From NCBI GenBank assembly GCA_963825175.1, contig CAWGSA010000002.1, forward strand, positions 2,339,044 through 2,403,043: 64,000 bases of DNA. Reading direction: 5' to 3'. Shown here piece after piece: positions 32,826 to 43,234 of this stretch (position 1 is the first letter of the stretch; the number at the start of each line of letters is the position of its first letter). A model generated the notes under the pieces. It did not search any database. It worked only from the letters and a program-made list of their open reading frames with translations, and was not told where the DNA came from. Origin of the DNA: an uncultured Acidobacteriota bacterium (lineage in GTDB: Bacteria > Acidobacteriota > Thermoanaerobaculia > UBA5066 > Gp7-AA6). Made by a program: the position numbers and the translations under genes.

Positions 32826-34682
32826 ATGAAGAGGTGCCTGGTGTTCACCCTCGGGATCCTCGTTGCGGGTCTTGCCCTCGCCGACTTTCCCCCCCTGGCG
32901 AATTGGACGGCGCCGCCTACTTTTTCTGTGGCCAAGAAGGGCGGTATGACGACGCAGTCCCAGTCGCTCGCCGCCCCTTTCATCGGGCTGACTCCCTGTC
33001 GGGCTTATGACTCCCGACCCTCGCACGGCGGCCCCGGCGCTCTCGCCAACAACACCGCAAGGACCATCGCTTTGACCGGCGGCGGATGCGGCGTGCTCGC
33101 GAGCGGCCTTGTGGCCGTCTCCGTGAACATCACTGTCTTCGACATCATCGGTGCCACGGGAAACGGAGTCTTCAAGGTCGACACCGTCTCTCCTCCGACC
33201 GTCGCATGGATCAACTATCCGCCGAGCGAGACGCAGCGCTCCAACGCGGGCGCCGTGGCCGTGGACGCCAGCTCGCAGATCGTCGTCCAGGTCAACCAGG
33301 GAGCCGGCTCGGTCGACTTCACCGTCGATGTCAACGGCTACTATGGTGTCGACGCGTCCAGTGGCCCCGCGGATGCGTTCGTTTTCAAAGTCTTCAATGC
33401 GGGATCCTTCGGTGCGGCGCGCATAGAGAATACGGACCCGACCGGCACGGTCTACGGCCTCACCGCGCTCGTCTCTTCGACCGGAGACGGATCCGCCGGA
33501 GTGTACGGCCTTTCCTCCGGCGCCACGGGCCTCACCGCCGGAGTCCAGGGCTTGAACAACAGCCAGAGCGGTTTCGCGAGGGGGGTTCTCGGGGTGATCA
33601 CTTCCACGGCCCCGGGCGGCAGTTCCGCTGGCGTTCGGGGAATCAACAACGGAACGGGGTTTTTTGGCATTGGGGTCTGGGGAAGTCAGGACGGGACCGG
33701 CTATGGGGTCGAGGGCAGCGTCAACGGCACGACGGGATGCTGCGCCAAGGGCGTTTACGGGACGGCGAGCTCGAACACCGATAACACCGTGGGCGTCGAA
33801 GGCGACGCGCTCGCAGGCACCGGTGTCGTTTACGGCGTCTTGGGCCGGACGTTCAGTACGACCAATCCCGCCGCGGGCGTCTATGGAGTGGACGGGAGCG
33901 GAGATCCGGGGGCCGCAGCCGCGTTTCAGACTTCGGGAGTCCGCGCTGCCAGCACGGCCGGTTATGGAGTCTATGCCGCTTCCAACATCGCGGCCGTCAA
34001 GGGCGTTTTCGTCAATACAGCGGGAGTCCTCCAATCGTCCGGCTATCTCGGCGAATCTCCGACGACCGGCGTCTTCTCCGTCGGTGACCTCATCGCCACC
34101 GGCGCCAAGTCGTTCGCCGATCCCCATCCTCAGGAGCCGGGAAAGGCGATCGTCTACGTGTCGCTGGAGGGACCCGAGGCGGGCACTTACTTCCGAGGCC
34201 GCGGCACGATTTCCAACGGGACGGGCGTCATCCAGGTTCCGGAGAGCTTCCGGCTGGTGAGCGACGAGGAGGGTCTGACCGTGCAGATCACGCCCATCGG
34301 ACAGGGCGCGATCGTTTCCGTAGCCTCCGCGGATCTCAATTCGATCGTCGTCCAATCGGCGGCAAAGCAGGTCGACTTCTACTATCTGGTCAACGGCGTT
34401 CGAAAGTCCTTCAAGAACTGGGACCCGATGGCTCAACCGGACCATTTCATGCCCGAGAGCTCGGACGCCCGGATGCCGATGGCTTTCTCGCCGGAACAGC
34501 GGCGGCGTTTGATCGCCAACGGGACGTACAACGCCGACGGCACCGTCAACATGGCCACCGCGGAGCGAGTCGGTTGGACCAGGATCTGGGCCGATCGCAA
34601 GGCCGCGGCCCAGGCGGCTACCGAGAAGAACGCTGCCGCGGTGCGCGCCGAGACGCAACGGGGCCAGGCCCAGAACGAGTAA
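32826..34682 (+). CDS. Tail-fibre-like paralog 3 (intact)
   Basis: AAAGGAG RBS, signal peptide MKRCLVF, PCRAYDSR domain, GVxG repeats, KSFADPHP..LEGPEAGTYFRG. Confidence 0.85.
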   Translation: MKRCLVFTLGILVAGLALADFPPLANWTAPPTFSVAKKGGMTTQSQSLAAPFIGLTPCRAYDSRPSHGGPGALANNTARTIALTGGGCGVLASGLVAVSVNITVFDIIGATGNGVFKVDTVSPPTVAWINYPPSETQRSNAGAVAVDASSQIVVQVNQGAGSVDFTVDVNGYYGVDASSGPADAFVFKVFNAGSFGAARIENTDPTGTVYGLTALVSSTGDGSAGVYGLSSGATGLTAGVQGLNNSQSGFARGVLGVITSTAPGGSSAGVRGINNGTGFFGIGVWGSQDGTGYGVEGSVNGTTGCCAKGVYGTASSNTDNTVGVEGDALAGTGVVYGVLGRTFSTTNPAAGVYGVDGSGDPGAAAAFQTSGVRAASTAGYGVYAASNIAAVKGVFVNTAGVLQSSGYLGESPTTGVFSVGDLIATGAKSFADPHPQEPGKAIVYVSLEGPEAGTYFRGRGTISNGTGVIQVPESFRLVSDEEGLTVQITPIGQGAIVSVASADLNSIVVQSAAKQVDFYYLVNGVRKSFKNWDPMAQPDHFMPESSDARMPMAFSPEQRRRLIANGTYNADGTVNMATAERVGWTRIWADRKAAAQAATEKNAAAVRAETQRGQAQNE

Positions 34683-34705
34683 GCGCGACGACCTGTCGAA
34701 TCTCG

Positions 34706-34733
34706 AGGCCGCGGCTCCCGCCGCGGCCTTTTC
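34706..34733 (+). terminator. Probable rho-independent terminator
   Basis: aggccgcgg-ctcccg-ccgcggcct hairpin followed by T residues, just after the stop at 34682. Confidence 0.65.
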
Positions 34734-34853
34734 CTTGTCTGGTACCCGGCGAGCATCCCGCCGCTCAGAGAGACAGTCAGGATCGTCAGAGAATGACCGT
34801 CAACGAGTCAGACCCGATTGGCCAGTGCGGCCTCGTCGAAAGGAGCCGGAATC

Positions 34854-35331
34854 ATGAAGAGGTGGGGTTCCTTTGCGCTCGGGGATTTCGTCGCGGGCCT
34901 GCCCTGGCGGAGTCTCCGCGCCTGGCCGACTGGAAGGCGCCGGCGAGCTTTACTCCAAAGACCCAGAAAGAGACGATGACGGTCCAGGGAACGGACATCG
35001 TCGTCCAGTCGCCGGCTAAGAGGCTCGACTTCTATTACACCGTCAACGGCGTTTAAAAGGCCTTCCAGGACTGGACCCGACGGCTCAGCCGGACTACTTC
35101 ATTCCCGAAAGCGCCGACGCCCGGATGCCCCTCGCTTTCACGGCGGAGCAGCGCCGGCGTTTGATCGCCAACGGGACGCACAGCGCCGACGGCACCGTCA
35201 GCATGGCCACGGCGGAGCGAATCGGCTGGACCAGGACATGGGCCGATCGCAGGGCAGCGGCTCAGGCCGCTGTCGCGAAGAATGCCGCAAAGTCCGCGGC
35301 AACTCTCCAGGCGCAGCAGCAAAGCGAATAG
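34854..35331 (+). pseudogene. Tail-fibre-like paralog 4, internally deleted and degraded
   Basis: MKRW..LADWKAP N-terminus fused directly to IVVQSPAKRLDFYYTVNGV; in-frame stop; frameshifted MPLAFTAEQRRRLIANGT tail. Confidence 0.8.
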
Positions 35332-35403
35332 GTTCGGTCCTGGAGACGCGAGGCCGGGGCGCAATGCCGCGGCCTGCGTCCTGGTCCTCCCTCTCAAATT
35401 CGG

Positions 35404-35945
35404 CTATCGCTCGGACCTCGCGGCGTCCGCCACCGCCGTGTCCATGTTCACGGTCCCGTCGGCGTGGAACGTCCCGTTCTCGATCAGCCTCCGCCTCTGC
35501 CCCTCGCTGAACGCGGCCGGTAGCACCTCGTGAGCCGATCGGGGTACGTACCCTTCATCGATCATCACCGTCCAGTCCTTGAACGTCTGGCGGACGCCGT
35601 TGACCATGTAATGGAACGTCACGCCTGGCGTTGAGCGGACAACAATCCGGTTCAAGTCCTGGCTGGCGACGTACATCGCGGCCGGCGCGCCCACCGACGT
35701 CAATTGAACCGTGATTCCCTCGGCATCGGTGACCAGACGAAAGGTCTCCGGCACTTCGATCACAGCCACCCCGCCTCGAGTCTCGTCGGTTCCTCGGAAA
35801 TAGGTTCCGGTCTCGGGCCCCTCCAGCGCGACGTAACGGATGGACTTGCCCGGATCGGTCGGATGCACCTCCACGAACGCCTTGACGCCGCTCGCGCCGG
35901 AGTTCCCGATTGCAAAGACGCCCCATGGAGCGCCCGGCGCGAACG
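35404..35945 (-). pseudogene. Tail-fibre-like paralog 5, C-terminal domain only
   Basis: PWGVFAIG..KAFVEVHPTDP..LEGPETGTYFRG..RRRLIENGT; lacks the signal peptide and N-terminal domains. Confidence 0.75.
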
Positions 35946-36057
35946 TCTCTCCCAGGCCTCCGCCCGCCGCGCCTTCGTCGGAGCGCTGATTTCCGCCCAA
36001 CAATGCGGAGATTGTATTCCGAGGGGATGCGGCCGGGAAACCGACCTGAAGAATGTG

Positions 36058-36083
36058 CCGGGGCGCCCTCGCAGGCGCCCCGG
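36058..36083 (-). terminator. GC-rich hairpin downstream of the S8 protease gene
   Basis: ccggggcgcc-ctcgca-ggcgccccgg perfect 10-bp stem. Confidence 0.5.
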
Positions 36084-36096
36084 TCGAAAGTGCGAG

Positions 36097-39000
36097 CTAC
36101 CGCGCCGGGATGTAGCTGGTGTCCCCCGAGCCGTTGTCGATCGCTCCGGCGTAGGCCACGACGCGGCCGTCGCCCGAGGTCACCGTGAACTGGAGGTAGA
36201 AATTACTGGCCGCGACGCCCGCTCCCAGCACGTCCTCGACGCTGGCCTGGAACGACGTCCCGGCCGGCACGAAGTAGCTGTTGGTCGCGATCATTCCGCC
36301 GGTGTTGCCGTCCACCGCGGTCACCTGGACGAAGGCGTCGTTGCCGGCCACCTCCGTCATCCCGAAGTTGACGCGCGTCCCATTGACCGACGCCGTCTGA
36401 TCGAGCCCGATCGACGTCACCGTGTTGCCGAAAGAAAGCGCGGAAGAGGCAGGAACGCCATCGATCGAGAACCCCGAGGTCCCTCCGAACTGGGAGATCG
36501 ATGTCCGGCTGGAGACGGCGAGCGTCGCCGGTCCGAGTGGATGAATCCGTAGGCCCGCGGCCACCGGAGCATCCAGGTCGAACTCGGTGCTCAAGACGTC
36601 CAGGAACTCGAGGGTCTGACCCGGCAGGATGAAGTAGGTCTTCATCGTCGGCTTCGTCGCATCGAAGTCGGGAGGCAGGATCAACGGCAGCAGGGAAACC
36701 GTGAAAGCGTCCACCGAGGAGTCCAGGTTGGTCACGTCGAGCGTGGTCTGGAAGAAGTTGCCGTTGAGCCCGACCACGTGAGAGGACTGAGAGACGATTG
36801 TGTCATCGGTCGTGAAGGCCGGCATCAGGGGAGCATGGAACACCGAATCGCCGGTGGCCTTGTCCACCGTCGTCGCAAAGGGAATCGCGCGGCCGCTCGG
36901 CTCGCCCCTCGGGTTCGGCACGACGGTGAAATCGGTCCGGAAATTCGTCTGCGACGGGATCCCCCGGTCGAGCAGAATGTCGGTAATGACGTAGGTGGTG
37001 TAAGGCTGCGTGGTGCGGGACGTCGTGCCCATGAGAATCCCGTTGAAGTCCCGCACGTCGATCCTCACCGTCACCGGGAAGCCGGCGGTCTCCGTGAATC
37101 CGACGTTGGTGTGCATGGTCGGGGTCTTGGCCAGGCCGTTGGTGATGGCCGTCCCCGAGCCCAGCGTCAAGGCGGACGCGTTCTTGAACCCCGGCGCCGA
37201 GAATCCGAAGGTTCCGCTGCCGCCGCGGGTATAGGTATGGCTCGTCGCCAGAAAGTTCGTATCGGTGGCGAGGATCGTCAGCTGCCCGAGCGAGTCCGTC
37301 TGTCCGAACTCCGACAGCACCAGATCGTCGATCGCGAGCACCTGTCCGGGCTGGATGATGCGGGTGGTCTTGGTTGCGGTCGGCCCGGTCTGCAGGGACC
37401 CGACGTAGTAGAGGTCGAACTCCTTCGGATCGAGCGACGGGTTGTAGATGCGCGTGTCGGTCTGGAAGAACCTCGTGCCCTGGGTGCGGGCCGCGATGGG
37501 CAGGGTCACGGCGTTGGCCGCGAGCGGGATCTGCTCGACGGGCGGCTGCTGGATGCCGGCGACCGGCGTGACCGAAAAGTTCAGGATTCGCCCGCTGGCG
37601 CCGGTGACGAGATCCTGGACCGTCAGGGTCCACGTCCCGTTGGGATCGGTGCCGCGAAACTCCGTCAGCGGGAAGAGGGAGGCGCCGGTGCGGCCGAAAA
37701 TCTCGTTGATCGGCTGCTGCGGAGCGCCCGAGACGTCGTGGATCACGACCGAGGTGGTATCCGGCCCGGTCAGGGTGATGCGGAGCTGGCGCGGATCGGG
37801 ATGGTCGATCTCCACCCAGGCTTCCACGTGGTCGAGGTAGCCGCCGAAGCCGGAGACCGTCGTCGTCGCGGTCGCCGTGCCCACGTCGGGAATGGTGATC
37901 GGCGCGGCATCCAGGTTGCCGAACGCCGCCGGGGCAAACTGCACGGCGGCCAGGGTGTCGATCAGAGGAGTCGTGACGCCGTTGCGCGCGTCGGTGATCG
38001 GCCGGCCCGTGGCGCGCAGGAGGCTCACCGTCGTCGAAGGCGAGATGCCCGGGCGCGCTTGCTTGACCAGAGCGACCGCTCCAGCGACCGCGGGAGCGGC
38101 CGCGGACGTGCCGCTGAAGCTGATGACTTCCCCGCCGGCGGTGGGAACGTTCCAGAACGCGCCCGGAGCGAGGAGAGTGAGGTTCGAAGCGCTGCTGGAG
38201 AAGCAGGTCGGGGTGCCGGGGACGATGGCCGTGTCCGAGCAGATTCCCCAGTCCGCGCCCGAAGAGGCGGTCGGGTACACCGCCCCGACGGAGACCGCCG
38301 AGGAAACGCACGCGGGCGAAGAGATCTGGTTGGAAGTCGCGGAGTTGCCCGAGGCGACGGTCACGACGATGCCCGCGGCGGTGGCGGCATCGATCGGTTC
38401 GGCAAACTGCGGCTGGATGCTGTCGCAGAAACCCAGGTTCGACTCGTCACCGGTGGCCGAGCCGCCCAGGCTCATGTTGAGCGCGCCGATGCCGAACTTC
38501 GACTGGTTGGAGATCGCGAAGTCGATCCCATCGAGAATGACCGAGTCGAAAAGCAATCCCTCGCAGCCCGAAGAGACCTTGATGGCGACGATCTTCGCGT
38601 CGGGCGCGACTCCGCCCGAGCCGGCGACGATCGAGGCCACGGAGGTACCGTGTCCAAAGCAGTCGAAGGGCGGGGACCCGGGCTCGTCCACGTTGATCCC
38701 GCCGACCACCTTCCCGTTGGGGAAGGCGCCTCCGCCCAGAGCCGCCACGCTCTGATCCACGCCGGTATCCAGCACCGCGACGGTTTGCCCTTTTCCAGTA
38801 AATCCCAGCGCGTTGGCCGCGTCGCTGTGGATCAGCTCCTCGGGCGCCTGGGACTCGGTCTCTCGAGAAAGTATGCGCTTGCCGTCGAGGGCGATCCAGG
38901 CGACGTCGGACCGCGCGGCCAGAGCCGCGACGCCCCGCGGGCTCGCGACGGCCGCCATCATGGAGAAGCTGCCGTAGTAGCGCGGCGACCAGAGCTGATC

Positions 39001-39276
39001 GGACGGCATCTGAGCCGCCACGCTCTGTTGCGCGGCGAGCCGCTGTGCGCGGCGACCGGGTTCGCCTTCCGGGTCCGGCCGCGTGCGCAGAACGCGGGCG
39101 GCCGTCGTCCCGTCTTTCAGTCCGACGAGAACGCGGATCGACGCGGCGTTCTCCTTCATCGCGCGGAGAAGGGCCGGATCCGCTTTTGCGGTCACCGATG
39201 AACTGCCTGACGCGGTCGCTCCCACCACCAAGACCCCGGCGACGGCCAGAAAAAGGGCACGAAGACGCCGCTGCAT
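36097..39276 (-). CDS. Secreted S8 subtilase with proprotein-convertase P domain and C-terminal beta-sandwich repeats
   Basis: VAVLDTG, HGTSVA, SGTSAAAP catalytic triad; GTWTLTVQD P domain; signal peptide from ATG 39276 with GGGGGAGG RBS. Confidence 0.9.
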   Translation of the reverse strand: MQRRLRALFLAVAGVLVVGATASGSSSVTAKADPALLRAMKENAASIRVLVGLKDGTTAARVLRTRPDPEGEPGRRAQRLAAQQSVAAQMPSDQLWSPRYYGSFSMMAAVASPRGVAALAARSDVAWIALDGKRILSRETESQAPEELIHSDAANALGFTGKGQTVAVLDTGVDQSVAALGGGAFPNGKVVGGINVDEPGSPPFDCFGHGTSVASIVAGSGGVAPDAKIVAIKVSSGCEGLLFDSVILDGIDFAISNQSKFGIGALNMSLGGSATGDESNLGFCDSIQPQFAEPIDAATAAGIVVTVASGNSATSNQISSPACVSSAVSVGAVYPTASSGADWGICSDTAIVPGTPTCFSSSASNLTLLAPGAFWNVPTAGGEVISFSGTSAAAPAVAGAVALVKQARPGISPSTTVSLLRATGRPITDARNGVTTPLIDTLAAVQFAPAAFGNLDAAPITIPDVGTATATTTVSGFGGYLDHVEAWVEIDHPDPRQLRITLTGPDTTSVVIHDVSGAPQQPINEIFGRTGASLFPLTEFRGTDPNGTWTLTVQDLVTGASGRILNFSVTPVAGIQQPPVEQIPLAANAVTLPIAARTQGTRFFQTDTRIYNPSLDPKEFDLYYVGSLQTGPTATKTTRIIQPGQVLAIDDLVLSEFGQTDSLGQLTILATDTNFLATSHTYTRGGSGTFGFSAPGFKNASALTLGSGTAITNGLAKTPTMHTNVGFTETAGFPVTVRIDVRDFNGILMGTTSRTTQPYTTYVITDILLDRGIPSQTNFRTDFTVVPNPRGEPSGRAIPFATTVDKATGDSVFHAPLMPAFTTDDTIVSQSSHVVGLNGNFFQTTLDVTNLDSSVDAFTVSLLPLILPPDFDATKPTMKTYFILPGQTLEFLDVLSTEFDLDAPVAAGLRIHPLGPATLAVSSRTSISQFGGTSGFSIDGVPASSALSFGNTVTSIGLDQTASVNGTRVNFGMTEVAGNDAFVQVTAVDGNTGGMIATNSYFVPAGTSFQASVEDVLGAGVAASNFYLQFTVTSGDGRVVAYAGAIDNGSGDTSYIPAR

Positions 39277-39648
39277 ATGACCTCCCCCGAAATGGTCTTT
39301 GTTTGCTGGCAGATAGATTACAACAGTAGGGGTCTCGGAGAGCCCTCTAAACCGAAATCTTATCAAGAAAGATAGGCCTAAACCCATCAGATGTAAGGTT
39401 CCTAGGGCCAAAAAGTGGGCTATCTAGGGGTTGCCCCGAAGGCCGGCCCGGCCCGTAGCGGTCGGCCTCCCCTGCCCGCCGGCCGCACATTCCCCTGTCC
39501 CCGAGGAATCGCCGGGTCTCTGCCCTTGCGCGTCGCGGAGTCCGGCGCCGCAGAATCGTGTCTTGCGCCTTCCGCAAGGGATTGTGAGAAATTCCGGCGA
39601 GCCGATGCCGAAGACTTCGGACCCTCTGCGCACGACGCCCGACGCGTG

Positions 39649-40698
39649 ATGCCGGGCACCGCGTTCGGCACGGACCGCGTCGAGGCGGGATCCGACGGAT
39701 CGGTCTTCCTTTCGTGCGCGGTCGGCAAGGGCTGGATCGCGCGTCAATCGCGGACGGCGACCCGGGCCGAACATCCCGGCACGGCGGTCCGGTGGGAAGC
39801 CGAGATCTTCGAGGTGGTCGAAGTCCAGGACACGGACGATGGCGGCGTGCGGTATCGCCTGGAGCGGTGGGACCCGCGCCATGCCATCCGCGTTGTCGAG
39901 GCGTATGACAGCGAAGCGGAGGCAGCCCGGGACCGAGAACAGGCCCGCCGGCGCAAGGCGATGGGCCTGCGCCCGTTGTCCTGGGTCCTGGCCCCGGTCC
40001 TCGGCCATCTTCCCGGCCCCGTGCAGCAGGCCATGGAGGAAGAGTTCGGCGCTCCGGCGCGGGCGATGACGGTCGCATCGGCGCTCCCCCTCTTCGCCGC
40101 CGGAGCGTACGGTCTCCTGGCCGCGCAGATCGCGGGCATGGGCGGAGGAGCCGTCTTCTCCCCGTGGCTGGTCGAGCACCCCGGCCTGTCTCTGTATCTC
40201 TTCGTCGAGTCGGGATTGCGCCTCGTCGTCGCGTTTCTCATGGCGACGCCGATGGGCTCCCTGGCGGGTGTGATTGCGTACGAGATCTGGCGGAGGATCT
40301 GGCGCAGCGGCACGCCGCCGCCGCCTCGGCCCGCGGCTGCCACGGGCCCTCGCTGGAAGACCGCCGACTCCTTCAAGATGCTCGAACCCCTGCTCGCTCT
40401 TCTCACGCCGGCCGAACAGGAATCCCTGGAGATGCGCTACGGGCTGGAGACGCTCAAGTGGGGCCGCCGCGGCGCAGTGCTGCTCCTCGCCGTGGCGGTC
40501 CTGAACCTGGTGATCTCCGCCGGCGCTTTCGCCCAGGGGCGGCAAGGGTTCTGGGACGTTTTCTGGCTCGCCGCCGGAGCGTACCTCGCCGCGGAGCAGA
40601 TCGCCCGACTTCGCCGGCTGCACGAGGGACGGCCCGCTGGAAGCGTGCTGGCGGCCCTGGTGCGCCCTTTGGCGAGACGGCTGCTTGCCGGCTCTTGA
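39649..40698 (+). CDS. Hypothetical membrane protein
   Basis: Long ORF with HPGTAVRW N-terminal domain and several TM segments; start uncertain. Confidence 0.65.
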   Translation: MPGTAFGTDRVEAGSDGSVFLSCAVGKGWIARQSRTATRAEHPGTAVRWEAEIFEVVEVQDTDDGGVRYRLERWDPRHAIRVVEAYDSEAEAARDREQARRRKAMGLRPLSWVLAPVLGHLPGPVQQAMEEEFGAPARAMTVASALPLFAAGAYGLLAAQIAGMGGGAVFSPWLVEHPGLSLYLFVESGLRLVVAFLMATPMGSLAGVIAYEIWRRIWRSGTPPPPRPAAATGPRWKTADSFKMLEPLLALLTPAEQESLEMRYGLETLKWGRRGAVLLLAVAVLNLVISAGAFAQGRQGFWDVFWLAAGAYLAAEQIARLRRLHEGRPAGSVLAALVRPLARRLLAGS

Positions 40699-40731
40699 GC
40701 GTCGGCGCGCCGCTTGCAAGAGGCTGGCGCC

Positions 40732-41460
40732 ATGAAATCACGCGCGCTCGCACCTCTTCTCGCCCTCGCTCTTCCCACGCTCGCGGCGGCCGACGAGCCG
40801 CCGAAGCCTCCCCCTCTCTGGTCGGGAAAGGCCGAGGTCTCCTACGTCGCCACGTCGGGCAACAGCGACACGAAGACGCTCGGCGCGGCCGGAGAGGCCG
40901 AGTACCAGCCGGGCCCCTGGTCCGGCAAGGCGAAGATCGAGTTCGTCCGCGCCGAGGCCGACGGGAAGGTGAACGCGCGTTCCTTTGCCGGGCTCCTGCG
41001 CGGCGCGCGCAAGCTCTCGGCGAGGCTCGAGACGTATGCCGAGGGAGCGTATCTGGAGAACACGTTCTCCGGCATCGATCATCGACTCGCGGGCGAAGGC
41101 GGTCTGGCGTACCTCCTCGTCGGTCCCGAGCCGCACTCCCTGAAATTCGAAGGGGGCATTGGCTACACCAAGGAGGATCGGACCAACGGGGACGACCGAT
41201 CCTTCGCGACCGGAAGGCTGGGGCTCCTCTACAAGTGGAAGCTCTCCAAGACCGCGGAATTCTCCGAAGAGGCGTCCTTCACCGAGAGCTTCAAGGATTC
41301 CAGGGACTGGCGATTCGCCAACACCGCCTCGGTCAGCGCGGGCCTGACGACCGTCCTGTCGGTCAAGATCTCCCACGCCCTCCAGACGTTGAACGAGCCC
41401 GTCCCCGGAAAGAAGAAGACCGACACGATCACGTCGGCCGCGCTGGTGGCGAAGTTCTGA
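40732..41460 (+). CDS. DUF481/YdiY-family outer-membrane beta-barrel
   Basis: Signal peptide, WSGKAE..TSGNSD, alternating beta pattern, terminal Phe. Confidence 0.85.
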   Translation: MKSRALAPLLALALPTLAAADEPPKPPPLWSGKAEVSYVATSGNSDTKTLGAAGEAEYQPGPWSGKAKIEFVRAEADGKVNARSFAGLLRGARKLSARLETYAEGAYLENTFSGIDHRLAGEGGLAYLLVGPEPHSLKFEGGIGYTKEDRTNGDDRSFATGRLGLLYKWKLSKTAEFSEEASFTESFKDSRDWRFANTASVSAGLTTVLSVKISHALQTLNEPVPGKKKTDTITSAALVAKF

Positions 41461-41464
41461 GCAG

Positions 41465-41573
41465 AGTGCGAAGTTCTCAGTGCGAAGTTCGAAGTGAGAG
41501 GCCGCAGCCAACTCCACACTTAGAACTTCGAACTTAGAACTTCGAACTTCGAACTTCGAACTTCGAACTCAGA
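41465..41573. repeat. Inverted pair of heptamer tandem arrays
   Basis: AGTGCGA/AGTTCGA units, then eight ACTTAGA/ACTTCGA-type units, between convergent genes. Confidence 0.9.
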
Positions 41574-41592
41574 CCGCCTCATCGGCGCGACA

Positions 41593-43137
41593 CTAACCCG
41601 GAAGCGCCTTTTCCGTCTTTGCGGCGACCGGCGCCAGCGGCTCATCGAGCGACACGTTCTCCTGACCGATCAGGTTTCGCAGCGGCCGGGAGAAGATCAG
41701 GAGAATGACGCCGGCGACGCCGGTCACCTTTCCGACCGCGGCGAAGAGCTCCCCGACGGTCATGCCGGCGAAGCCTCCGGCGGCGAGGCCGGCGATCAGA
41801 TTCCCGAGCGCCGTGCCCATGAACCAGGTCCCCATCATCTGGCCGACCAGCCGGCGCGGCGCGAGCTTGGTGACGCTGGAGAGCCCGACCGGCGACAGGC
41901 ACAGCTCGCCGGTGGTGTGAAAGAAGTAAGTGACGATCAGCCACATCATGCTGACCTTCGCGCCGCCCTGCGTGTAGCTCGCGCCCCAGGCCAGCACGAA
42001 GAACCCGATCGCCAGCATGGCCAGTCCGTATCCCATCTTGGCCGGCGTCGAGGGCGCTCGCGAGCCCCACCTGAGCCACAGCCATCCGAAGACCGGCGAC
42101 AGCAGGATGATGAAGATCGGGTTGACCGACTGGAGCCAGGACGCCGGCATGTCCCAGGATCCGACCTTCAGATTGGTCAGGCGTTCGGCAAAGAGATTCA
42201 ACGAAGACCCGGCCTGCTCGTAACCGGCCCAGAAGAGGACCGCCGCCAGGAAGAACACGAAGATCACGAAGATCCGCTTCTTTTCCGGGACCGTCAGATT
42301 CCCGAACAAAAGGATCGAGCCGAAGTAGACGAACGCAAGCGCCAGCATGAAGAAGCCGGTGCCCTGGGCGACGCCGGCGAGCGTCAGGTGAAGAAGCCCG
42401 GCGCCCTGCAGCAACACGGCGCCGATCAGGACGGCCACCACGACTGCCAGGCCGACGAAGAGCTGCCGCCATCCGCGGCGATCGACGGCGGGATCGACGT
42501 CCCTGCGCAATCCGGCTCCGCGCAGATATTTCCCGCCCATCTGGTACTGAACGAGGCCCAGGATCATCCCCACGCCCGCGGCGCTGAAGCCGAAGTGCCA
42601 GTTGACCCGCTCGCCGAGGTAGCCGCAGATCAGCGGGCCGACAAACGCGCCGAGGTTGATGCCCAAGTAGAAAATCGAGAATCCGGCGTCGCGCCGGGCG
42701 CCGGATTCCGGATAGAGGTCGCCGACCATGGTGCTGACGTTGGGCTTCAAGAGCCCGGTGCCGATGATGATCAGGCAGAGGCCGAGGTAGAACGTCGGCA
42801 CGATCGGGATGGCCATGCTGAAGTGCCCGGCCGCGATGAAGCACCCTCCGACGAAGACCGCGCGCCGATGTCCGATCAGGCGGTCCGCGATCCAGCCTCC
42901 CGGCAGGGCCATCAGATAGACCAGGCCCACGTACAGGCCGTAGATCGCCGCGGCGGACTGGTCGGTCATGCCGAAGCCGCCGGACTTGACCGAAGCGACC
43001 AGGAACAGGATCAGGAGCCCGCGCATCCCGTAGTAGCTGAACCGCTCCCACATCTCGGTGAAGAAGAGCGTCGAGAGGCCCCGCGGGTGCCCGAACCACT
43101 GCTTCTGCGCGTCCGTCGTTTGCGTCGAGACAGGCAT
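41593..43137 (-). CDS. Proton-dependent oligopeptide (POT) MFS transporter
   Basis: FGHPRGL, EMWERFSYYGMR, GTGLLKPN, ELCLSPVGLS. Confidence 0.95.
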   Translation of the reverse strand: MPVSTQTTDAQKQWFGHPRGLSTLFFTEMWERFSYYGMRGLLILFLVASVKSGGFGMTDQSAAAIYGLYVGLVYLMALPGGWIADRLIGHRRAVFVGGCFIAAGHFSMAIPIVPTFYLGLCLIIIGTGLLKPNVSTMVGDLYPESGARRDAGFSIFYLGINLGAFVGPLICGYLGERVNWHFGFSAAGVGMILGLVQYQMGGKYLRGAGLRRDVDPAVDRRGWRQLFVGLAVVVAVLIGAVLLQGAGLLHLTLAGVAQGTGFFMLALAFVYFGSILLFGNLTVPEKKRIFVIFVFFLAAVLFWAGYEQAGSSLNLFAERLTNLKVGSWDMPASWLQSVNPIFIILLSPVFGWLWLRWGSRAPSTPAKMGYGLAMLAIGFFVLAWGASYTQGGAKVSMMWLIVTYFFHTTGELCLSPVGLSSVTKLAPRRLVGQMMGTWFMGTALGNLIAGLAAGGFAGMTVGELFAAVGKVTGVAGVILLIFSRPLRNLIGQENVSLDEPLAPVAAKTEKALPG

Positions 43138-43234
43138 CGGACTCCCCGCCTTTCTTGGAATCGATCGCGAAACAGGCTACCAGAGAAGGGGTTCGAACGC
43201 GCCCGGCCGCGTGTCAGTTTAGAGTTGTCACAAG

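Noticed and set aside
25456-35945. Diversity-generating retroelement or shufflon
   Set aside because: No reverse transcriptase or invertase in the window, and the differences between copies do not look adenine-specific.
24668-39276. Prophage or integrative element at tRNA-Lys
   Set aside because: No integrase, capsid or terminase gene, and I saw no duplicate of the tRNA 3' end. The intact fibre-like genes have signal peptides.
41465-41573. CRISPR array
   Set aside because: Units are contiguous 7-mers with no spacers, and there are no cas genes.
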